64,000 nucleotides of DNA, taken from IMG/VR virus record IMGVR_UViG_3300048591_000212; one strand, 5' to 3'. Position numbers and translations under genes: made by a program. How positions within the stretch are numbered: the stretch's first letter is position 1; each line of letters begins with the position of its first letter. Under the pieces are notes generated by a model that worked only from the letters and a program-made list of their open reading frames with translations, was not told the origin of the DNA and made no database searches. The DNA is from a virus (Duplodnaviria; Heunggongvirae; Uroviricota; Caudoviricetes). This document shows, piece by piece, positions 36,688 to 43,735 of the stretch.

Positions 36688-36915
36688 AAGGGGATTTTCT
36701 GTTGCCGAGATATCCCCTGAATCTCCGCTTTTGCTACTGTTTAGGCAGCATAGGCATATGCAAAATTGTTATTTGCAGTTATGGTTTTGCTCTAATTTAA
36801 CGTGAGTGCTTCACGATTAGCTCCTCTTTCCTATCTACGCCCGTCGAAACCTTTTCGCCCCCAAAGCGATGAATAAGTGGAGGCGGCGGAAGTCGAATCC
36901 GCGTCCGAACGTCCT
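36688..36915 (-). ncRNA. ssrA: circularly permuted (two-piece) tmRNA
   Basis: The 3' part (T-arm GCGGA-TTCGACT-TCCGC, CGCCTCC-A73; 36902-36878) precedes the 5' end GGGGGCGAAAAGGTTTCGAC (36862); G3-U70; AUAACU resume context; tag ANNNFAYAYAA* at 36776-36741. Confidence 0.93.
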
Positions 36916-37401
36916 TCAGTCTGAATCAACACTAATGTATTTTTCTGGTATAATATCCAGAAATTCCTTGTAATCGACCTCTTCCAATTGTTCTTTTTTA
37001 TGTGGACTTGAGACCGTAAATGTCTTAATTAGATTCTTGTGTTTATTGACGAGGCCCAAGAGAGCCACTATCTGCTTCTTCGGTGCCCGTCTTATTGGAT
37101 TCGCGATCTCCATATCAAAATCTTTTCCGGTGTCAATGTACCAATGAATCCAGCCAATTCTCATGGGTGCGTCTGGGTGAGCGGTGATGTCTTCTTCTGC
37201 GAATTTATTAAAAAACTCACGCTCCTTTTCAGTCAACAGATCGGAGTGTTCCTGAATTATCTCAAAAAGTAGATCACCATGAGAATTTGACTTGGACGGA
37301 TTGCCGTCAAACACCACTCCATTCAAAGAGATATAACCCCACTCCAAATAGTATTTTGTGAAATGGACAACCTCGTTAAGAAAATTGGAAAACTTTTTCA
37401 T
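36916..37401 (-). CDS. stand-alone GWxRW-family protein
   Basis: MKKFSNFLNE; EWGYISLNG..DG..H..GWIHWY; TATAAATA upstream. Confidence 0.75.
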   Translation of the reverse strand: MKKFSNFLNEVVHFTKYYLEWGYISLNGVVFDGNPSKSNSHGDLLFEIIQEHSDLLTEKEREFFNKFAEEDITAHPDAPMRIGWIHWYIDTGKDFDMEIANPIRRAPKKQIVALLGLVNKHKNLIKTFTVSSPHKKEQLEEVDYKEFLDIIPEKYISVDSD

Positions 37402-37413
37402 ATATTGAAGTAT

Positions 37414-37731
37414 TTATATGATTCCCTTTTCTTTCAGAAGCCAAAGTTTTTGGTCGAATACATACTCAATAATAGGAATTGTGGAATATTCTGATAGTTC
37501 TAATATTCCGGTACTATAACATTTTGCACAATGGTAATCTTCTTCACAATCGTCGAAATAATCAGGATCATCAACCGATGGGGGTCCACCACACATACAT
37601 TCGCATTCGAAGTCGTCCAACTCTTCAAGACAGGCATACATGAATAGAATGTTCCTGTAATAAATGTCAGTCGAGTTCCCGAATTCCGGCTTTCTTGTTT
37701 GGTATAATTCTATGATATCTTTTATTCTCAA
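37414..37731 (-). CDS. hypothetical Cys-rich protein
   Basis: CECMCGG..CEEDYHCAKC. Confidence 0.55.
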   Translation of the reverse strand: MRIKDIIELYQTRKPEFGNSTDIYYRNILFMYACLEELDDFECECMCGGPPSVDDPDYFDDCEEDYHCAKCYSTGILELSEYSTIPIIEYVFDQKLWLLKEKGII

Positions 37732-38306
37732 TTGGAAAAATCCTCCAGCGAAATAATCTTACAGGTTTCGGACAGTGGCACATCAAATCGTTCATCGAAT
37801 TTCGAGAAATTCAGAATAAAGATATGTGAATAATAGTGCAGATCACTTTTCAAAACTGCCTGTCCAGAACTTGAGAAGTTGATTCCGTAGCCGTTTTCAT
37901 CGTTCAGAATCCAGTTTGCCAAATCCTGATTCTTCTCAAAAATATTCAGAATATCATTCATGACATAGTAGGCATCATCGAAGTTCGGACAGACCAGCTT
38001 GATTTTCTTGGAATTATCCTTAAAGAGAATTCGAGTATATAGAAGCAGAGCGATGAAAAACTCTCTGCCCCCGACTGGCAGTTTGGAATCCGATACCCGA
38101 ACCACATTGACTTCACTGTCTGGATTTGTGACTTCGGAAAACAGGCTACTGTACTTTCGGAAAGTCTTTAGGTCCAAGGAAGTCCTCAAAAATGGTTGAA
38201 CTTCCTTGACAAAGAATTCCTCAAATTTGTCGATCTGCTGAGTATAGGCGATTGCTCTCAGAGGATCAGATAGGACGGCAATCGCCATCAATTGCCGTCG
38301 AGTCAT
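37728..38306 (-). CDS. hypothetical protein
   Basis: ATG 38306 follows the stop of 38308-38475. Confidence 0.6.
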   Translation of the reverse strand: MTRRQLMAIAVLSDPLRAIAYTQQIDKFEEFFVKEVQPFLRTSLDLKTFRKYSSLFSEVTNPDSEVNVVRVSDSKLPVGGREFFIALLLYTRILFKDNSKKIKLVCPNFDDAYYVMNDILNIFEKNQDLANWILNDENGYGINFSSSGQAVLKSDLHYYSHIFILNFSKFDERFDVPLSETCKIISLEDFSN

Positions 38307-38307
38307 G

Positions 38308-38475
38308 CTACCGTACCTCCATTGGGTACGAAGACCAAGCAAACTTCTTATCTCCCCCGTGACGGGACTCGATCAACCGCCGCGCCTGAAACATATCATT
38401 CGCATAGACGACTTCATCAATTCGATCAACGCCGATTCCGTAACTAATAATATATCTACAACGAAACTTCTTCAT
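38308..38475 (-). CDS. 55-aa hypothetical protein
   Basis: MKKFRCRYIISYGIG..YANDMFQARRLIE fills the gap between flanking genes. Confidence 0.55.
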   Translation of the reverse strand: MKKFRCRYIISYGIGVDRIDEVVYANDMFQARRLIESRHGGDKKFAWSSYPMEVR

Positions 38476-38478
38476 AAT

Positions 38479-39243
38479 TTACCTTCTTTCTTTTACCGAA
38501 ACAACTGCCTCTCCATCAAATACTTCAACCACGGCATAGTGACTCATTTCGGTGTCAATACACACATTAAATGAAATACTATTCCCGTCATCAGAAAATC
38601 TCCACCGGGCCTCTTCTCCGATGGTATGTCCAACGATCTGGGTCAGACCATCAATGACCTCAAACTCTCTCCAGTCCTGCCAGACGACTCCACCTTTACG
38701 TTCCCAACCGCCGCGAAGTCTTCCCGGCCCAATTCGAGAGTCGTATCTACCCAACATAAATTCAGAAACCATCGATTCATTAAGTTTATCGAAGGTTTCC
38801 GCCTTCGTGATATCAGCCATCGGATTCAGCATTCCAGTATGAATTCCGGCATGGGAAAACAAAAGAACCTCGCCATCCTCCAACTGAATCGGGTAGATGA
38901 ATCGCTTGGGAAACCTGTTTCCATAATGACCAAACCATTTATCCATCAGTTGAACTTTTCGGGGAGCGAACCCCGAACAGGCATACTTGCCCTCTGAAGT
39001 CATATAATGAATATCATGGTTGCCGAGCAGAGGAATAACTCTTTCGTCTGCAAAAACGTTGGAAAGCCACGAGAAATAAAACTCTTCCTCTTCCACCGCC
39101 TTTTTATCAAAGGTGTCAAAGTAGTCCCCAAGCAGAACGATCTCGTCCACCCGCTCTTCATCAAAAAGAAACCGAATGAGATCGTGGGCAATTTGCTGCC
39201 TCTCATGAATATCGGGAATCACGCCAATTCTTTTATTTGTCAT
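38479..39243 (-). CDS. calcineurin-like metallophosphoesterase
   Basis: IPDIH, LLGDYFD, LLGNHD, FSHAG, QIVGHT, CIDT. Confidence 0.9.
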   Translation of the reverse strand: MTNKRIGVIPDIHERQQIAHDLIRFLFDEERVDEIVLLGDYFDTFDKKAVEEEEFYFSWLSNVFADERVIPLLGNHDIHYMTSEGKYACSGFAPRKVQLMDKWFGHYGNRFPKRFIYPIQLEDGEVLLFSHAGIHTGMLNPMADITKAETFDKLNESMVSEFMLGRYDSRIGPGRLRGGWERKGGVVWQDWREFEVIDGLTQIVGHTIGEEARWRFSDDGNSISFNVCIDTEMSHYAVVEVFDGEAVVSVKERR

Positions 39244-39251
39244 AGTAATAT

Positions 39252-39632
39252 TTATCGACTCAGCCTGTCGTACTCCTCAGCCGTCTCGTAACGATCATGA
39301 ATGGGAAGCGGGTAGTTCGCCGGAAATCGAGAATCCGAAGTGTAGGCGAAGTTTCCAGAAAACATTGGACCAACTCCATTAGCGGGAGGAAAAGCCATCT
39401 GCAAACAGAAGTGACCGGGCACGTTCTCAACCACATGATAAACCTGTTCCTTGCGCCAAGTGAGGCACGCAGGATGATCATGAAGATCGTTCGACGCCAC
39501 AAGGATTTGTTCGTGCAAATCCGAAGGCGTGCCGCGATGAGGTTCACAACCACTACGACGCGGACTCAGGACTGTCGCACCAATCGCGAAAGTTTTCTTG
39601 AGGTTATGATTCATCATTTCGTTCTTCATCAT
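39252..39632 (-). CDS. hypothetical early protein
   Basis: ATG 7 nt after TATACT; GPMFSGNFAYTSDSRF..PLPIHDRYE. Confidence 0.7.
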   Translation of the reverse strand: MMKNEMMNHNLKKTFAIGATVLSPRRSGCEPHRGTPSDLHEQILVASNDLHDHPACLTWRKEQVYHVVENVPGHFCLQMAFPPANGVGPMFSGNFAYTSDSRFPANYPLPIHDRYETAEEYDRLSR

Positions 39633-39638
39633 ACTTCT

Positions 39639-39726
39639 AGTATAGCAGGTATGGTAAGCCATGTCAAGCATCTGGGAGAAAAAATTTTAAGAAAGACTTG
39701 ACATCCGCCTTCGGGGGTGCTATCAT
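39639..39726. promoter_or_regulatory. back-to-back divergent sigma70 promoters
   Basis: Minus: TTGACA(39667)-17-TATACT(39644); plus: TTGACA(39698)-17-TATCAT(39721); both have TG extensions. Confidence 0.8.
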
Positions 39727-39732
39727 AGAGTT

Positions 39733-39912
39733 ATGGAAATGAGCAAAGAAGAATTTATTGAAGCCGTGCGGGAACACTGTTCGGATTATTATCCTATCGT
39801 TTTGGAGTAGGGACACACTTTCCTCACATATAACCGCGATGAAACCACCTACCACGTCAACATGTCATTTTATTATGTGGACGGAAAACTGATGCTAGTT
39901 TCTTCTCGGTGA
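39733..39912 (+). pseudogene. small early ORF with an in-frame TAG
   Basis: ATG at +7 of the promoter; TAG at 39808; the frame stays open to TGA at 39910. Confidence 0.45.
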
Positions 39913-39915
39913 CGC

Positions 39916-39944
39916 TTGACAAGACTCCAGAAAGCTGATATAAT
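39916..39944 (+). promoter_or_regulatory. consensus sigma70 early promoter
   Basis: TTGACA-17-TG-a-TATAAT; ATG at +7. Confidence 0.85.
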
Positions 39945-39950
39945 AAAAGC

Positions 39951-40160
39951 ATGAAGATGACAGAGGGCTTTCGGGCCAGATTCACGAACGAGACAGATCG
40001 CTCCCTCTATGGAGTGACGGGAAAGGCTTTTACGAACGTGGAAGTCATGGACGACTTTGATGGTAGCGCATACGTTACCACGATTTTCTTTCCTGATGAC
40101 GATACCACAGGCTTGGGAGTGTACTGCTCCGAGACGGATCTTGAGGAGATTAAGGGCTAA
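39951..40160 (+). CDS. hypothetical early protein
   Basis: 69 aa after a promoter. Confidence 0.65.
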   Translation: MKMTEGFRARFTNETDRSLYGVTGKAFTNVEVMDDFDGSAYVTTIFFPDDDTTGLGVYCSETDLEEIKG

Positions 40161-40163
40161 GAA

Positions 40164-40388
40164 ATGATGACAAATGAAATTTATCTCAAAATTGGTGATG
40201 AGTTCGACGCCTTATTTGATGCGTACATGGTCGAAGCCAGCAATCGCACGACTCTGGGGCAGGACGGACTAAATCGCCTACGCGCCGAGTTCGTTATCAA
40301 ACAAGATGCCATGTTCGCTAAGTATGGCACAACCTTCGAAGAGTTTGAGGCATTTTTGGATGCTCGGCTGTTCGGAGACCATTCTTGA
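40164..40388 (+). CDS. hypothetical early protein
   Basis: 74 aa. Confidence 0.6.
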   Translation: MMTNEIYLKIGDEFDALFDAYMVEASNRTTLGQDGLNRLRAEFVIKQDAMFAKYGTTFEEFEAFLDARLFGDHS

Positions 40389-40797
40389 GGAGATTAAGGA
40401 CCAACATGGGACGCTCATATACTGCCGTTGCTGGTTTTGTTTTGGATGCCCTCGCTGTGAGGCTTCGGGAACCAATCCTTCTTCAAACGTGATTGACCGA
40501 ATCGATGGATTTTGGGAATTGGGTCGGGAAAATTCCGATGGTGCCATCACCGGAACCATTTGGAAGGGTGTTGGCAAGAATGAGAAGGGGATTGACTGCG
40601 TTCGGCGGGCCGGAGGATTTCGTATCGAGGGCGATGGCACGATCTCTCGTTTTCCTTATGCCTCTCGGTATGATCGGGAGCGGGCCGAGATGGAAGGCAT
40701 GAAGCGATTTCATGAAACCTATGGTCCTCGTGGACAGGTGGTCCGTTATGAGAATCCTCGGAATACTGAGTATCGTTTTAATTTTGTTGTGGAATAA
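40306..40797 (+). CDS. hypothetical protein (start uncertain)
   Basis: ITGTIWK..RAGGFRIEGDGTISRFP resembles a small phage protein family. Confidence 0.55.
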   Translation: MPCSLSMAQPSKSLRHFWMLGCSETILEEIKDQHGTLIYCRCWFCFGCPRCEASGTNPSSNVIDRIDGFWELGRENSDGAITGTIWKGVGKNEKGIDCVRRAGGFRIEGDGTISRFPYASRYDRERAEMEGMKRFHETYGPRGQVVRYENPRNTEYRFNFVVE

Positions 40798-40801
40798 AAA
40801 C

Positions 40802-41182
40802 ATGAACACTTCTATGCGTGTTGACATTGATAAGTTGAATACTCTTCGGACTACTCTTTCCGAACGAGAACAGAAGATTCTTGATATTGTGGTCAAGAAG
40901 GATGGCACGATTCGGGCATCAAAGCCCACGAAGACAAAGAAGATCGAACCCGATCTTTGGGGTGAAGCCGCCTATGTCTGGCGTATGGTGGTCTTTCAGG
41001 TCAGTCGGAATCCGGTTCATCAGTGTATGCCAGTCTGCGCTGATTTTGATATTCGCCTCAAGTTTGACGAGCGGAGGAAAGTCACCCGCGTTCTGGATTC
41101 CTTGGTGGACAAGATTGTGGATCTCGTTCCGGTGACTCAGTGGCACGGAATTCTTCGGTGGGGGCGGGCATTGGGATATTAA
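40802..41182 (+). CDS. hypothetical phage protein
   Basis: G.IRASKP..GEAAYVWRMVVFQVSRNPVHQCMPVCADF..WHG..RWGRALG. Confidence 0.7.
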   Translation: MNTSMRVDIDKLNTLRTTLSEREQKILDIVVKKDGTIRASKPTKTKKIEPDLWGEAAYVWRMVVFQVSRNPVHQCMPVCADFDIRLKFDERRKVTRVLDSLVDKIVDLVPVTQWHGILRWGRALGY

Positions 41183-41183
41183 T

Positions 41184-41489
41184 ATGCAAGAAAAATGTAC
41201 AGATTTTTTCGGTAACGAGATTCATGAAGGGGACTGGCTTGTTCGGGCTATGTCCTATAGTAGCTCAAAGTGGCTGTCATTCTCTCGCGTCGAGTCCGAA
41301 CCAGTTTATGAACCAGAGGGAAGACACGAATGGAAAATGGACATTCGAACATTTTCTGGTGGCGGATGGGGCGGAATCGGCAGGTTCCAGACAAACAAAT
41401 CAGCAATCAAGATTCCTGAATATCAGGTTCCGGCTGAGATTCTTTTGGCCTATCGGCAGCTTCTTCATCCAACTCCCGATAAGACTTAG
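41184..41489 (+). CDS. hypothetical protein
   Basis: DFFGNEIHEGD N-terminal motif common in phage proteins. Confidence 0.65.
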   Translation: MQEKCTDFFGNEIHEGDWLVRAMSYSSSKWLSFSRVESEPVYEPEGRHEWKMDIRTFSGGGWGGIGRFQTNKSAIKIPEYQVPAEILLAYRQLLHPTPDKT

Positions 41490-41625
41490 AACTTCCCGGT
41501 GGGCACAGGTCACAGTACGGACACAGAACCGTCGGGAAAATGTCCCCAAACTTAATCTTTTGCGTTCCACAATAAGTACACTGTCCCGAAAATATTCGTT
41601 TGACTTTTTTGAAAAAGGATTTCAT
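41407..41625 (-). CDS. possible small Zn-ribbon protein
   Basis: CTYCG..CPYCD; overlaps the convergent gene by about 80 nt. Confidence 0.35.
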   Translation of the reverse strand: MKSFFKKVKRIFSGQCTYCGTQKIKFGDIFPTVLCPYCDLCPPGSSKSYRELDEEAADRPKESQPEPDIQES

Positions 41626-41729
41626 AGAAAATCGGAAGCCACATTCAAGACTTCCGATTTTTCTTATAGCCAAGTATCTGGCGGAAGAATAATGATGATA
41701 ATTGGTTCGTCCATAAGATTCCTCTCCTT

Positions 41730-42797
41730 TTAGGCTCCCGGCTCCATGTAAAAGACGCCGGAATCCAGATCGAACTGAATACCAAAGACCGAAATGGACT
41801 TCTCTCCGGTCTCAATTCTCAACATTCCCTCCATGCCGCGAACAACCGGAAAGATATTATCCAAAACAAAAACCTTTGAGCCAAGCGGAGGAACCACTAA
41901 GGATTCGACTGAAACAAGTTCTCCTGTCTTGGAATAAATCTTTACCATACATAGAATGAATTCCATTGAATTGTTTCCGACTGCCATACCAGTAGAATTT
42001 CTTCCAGTATTATTGAAATATAGGGAGAAGTCGTTTGAGGATGGAGTCAGGTTGACCGACGTTGAAAACTGTGGCTCGGCGGATGAATAAATTACATTCA
42101 CTCCAGCAACATTCTCGGATGCCGCCTTCACAATGGCAACTCCGGTTTCCAAGGCACCATCTGAATCAACAACCAGATCCATTACGGTATTTGGAGCCAA
42201 AACCAGAGGCAACTCAAATACTGTCTGACCATTTACTCTAAAAGTTTTGGTCTGACCGTTGTTATTCTTGAAAACAACGAACGTCTTCATCTGGGACGGA
42301 TACTTATTGGAAACACGAAGAGTCGTCTTCCAGCCACCACCAGCCGCCACATGGGAAACAAATCGGTCTGTTTCAACTGGAGTATCAGGAATATTCAAAA
42401 AAGAATTCATAACATTCAGTGTGACCGACAGGGACACGCTCATGTTATTTCCCAAAGTTCCAACAAAAATTACTGGAAAGTTATAGACGCCAACTGGAAC
42501 ATCCTGAACATTAAAGGTTAGAGAAAATTCTTTCTCCTGACCCGCCGACAGAAATCCACTTGTCGGTGTAATACTTAGAACATTCTGATAGGATTCTGGA
42601 ACCCAGACATTAAATGGAAAGTACCCAGATCCAGAAACCGCCAGCTTCACTGGATTTTCCAAGGTAAACTTTGTGGTAACTGCCTTGTCCACTGACACCG
42701 GAAGAGTTCCGGGGGCCACCGACGGAATCGCCGTCGCCTGTCCAAACATTAGGCCAGCACAGGCCACAATCATCAAAAGCATTTTACTGAAATTCAT
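41730..42797 (-). CDS. secreted beta-rich (Ig-like) protein
   Basis: Signal peptide MNFSKMLLMIVACAGLMFGQ; FVSHVAAGGGWKTTLRVSN and STGMAVGN modules; SD gaggag. Confidence 0.75.
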   Translation of the reverse strand: MNFSKMLLMIVACAGLMFGQATAIPSVAPGTLPVSVDKAVTTKFTLENPVKLAVSGSGYFPFNVWVPESYQNVLSITPTSGFLSAGQEKEFSLTFNVQDVPVGVYNFPVIFVGTLGNNMSVSLSVTLNVMNSFLNIPDTPVETDRFVSHVAAGGGWKTTLRVSNKYPSQMKTFVVFKNNNGQTKTFRVNGQTVFELPLVLAPNTVMDLVVDSDGALETGVAIVKAASENVAGVNVIYSSAEPQFSTSVNLTPSSNDFSLYFNNTGRNSTGMAVGNNSMEFILCMVKIYSKTGELVSVESLVVPPLGSKVFVLDNIFPVVRGMEGMLRIETGEKSISVFGIQFDLDSGVFYMEPGA

Positions 42798-43191
42798 TGT
42801 ATCTCCTCTTTGCATTATTCACTACTCGATAGTTATTTATCGCTGTATATCCCAAGAAACCCGCCACCACAAAGTTGATAATGGCATATTGTTTCTTAAA
42901 TCTCGGTTCTTTTTTCACTTCTCGACTATGAAGCCAATAATATCCACTGTGGACTCCAATTTTTACTGGAATCGCCAGATGTGGATTATAAGCCCCGGTT
43001 GATGTTCGGAACAGAGGATTTGCTTCTCTGGTTCCGGGAACGCCGACCGATCTCTGAGAGGTCCACAAGTCCAATCCGGCAGTTGTGGCAAGGCTAATAT
43101 GAGAAATGGTATATAGTCTATCCCACTTCGTCGTTTCCTGTGCCATCAAAGATCCGGCACATAATAACATTACTAAAAAAAGTTTTTTCAT
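42784..43191 (-). CDS. exported or membrane protein
   Basis: Signal peptide; GLDLWTS..REANPLF motif; promoter TTGACA-17-TATGCT at 43230-43202. Confidence 0.7.
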   Translation of the reverse strand: MKKLFLVMLLCAGSLMAQETTKWDRLYTISHISLATTAGLDLWTSQRSVGVPGTREANPLFRTSTGAYNPHLAIPVKIGVHSGYYWLHSREVKKEPRFKKQYAIINFVVAGFLGYTAINNYRVVNNAKRRYNEFQ

Positions 43192-43226
43192 ATACACTTC
43201 CAGCATACCACATTTTTCGTGGTTTG

Positions 43227-43631
43227 TCAATCATAAAATTCAGCTAGTGTCGCCGAGATGAATTTCTTTGCGGCTGAGACACTGATGTCTTCTCGCCCCC
43301 GATAAATTCTCTTGCTGGTATCCCGAATCTCAATTGAACATTCTCCGCTCACATCAGGAAGCGAATCCGCCGCCTTCAAAAGACCACTTAGACTTTTTTT
43401 GGAAAAGGCTCTCAGATGTAATTGGTTTTCGGCGGGATCAACCAGCCATTCGGCAATGTCTTCTCTCGGAATCTTTGGGTACATGTCCTTCAGCTTTGGG
43501 TGAGTTATGGCCCCCTTGACTCCAAGACCATCAATAATCTTTCCGTTTGGAAGAACGATTCCCCAATACTTAAATTTGAATCCGTGAACGTCTTCGTTCA
43601 ATGTTTGAAGATAATCAGAAAATGTTTTCAT
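43227..43631 (-). CDS. stand-alone GWxRW-family protein (divergent)
   Basis: MKTFSDYLQTLNE|DVH..KYWGIVLPNGKIIDG..THPKL; cataaata upstream. Confidence 0.7.
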   Translation of the reverse strand: MKTFSDYLQTLNEDVHGFKFKYWGIVLPNGKIIDGLGVKGAITHPKLKDMYPKIPREDIAEWLVDPAENQLHLRAFSKKSLSGLLKAADSLPDVSGECSIEIRDTSKRIYRGREDISVSAAKKFISATLAEFYD

Positions 43632-43735
43632 GTCTCGTATTCTATTTATGAAAAGTGCATGGGCCGCGTCCTTCAGGGAAACACGGCCCAAGATTTCCTT
43701 CTACGCTCGGTAGATGAAGCACTCTTATTTATGAA

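Noticed and set aside
39252-41489. Integrase, transposon or diversity-generating retroelement in the early region
   Set aside because: No recombinase, transposase or reverse-transcriptase motifs, and no template/variable repeat pair was seen.
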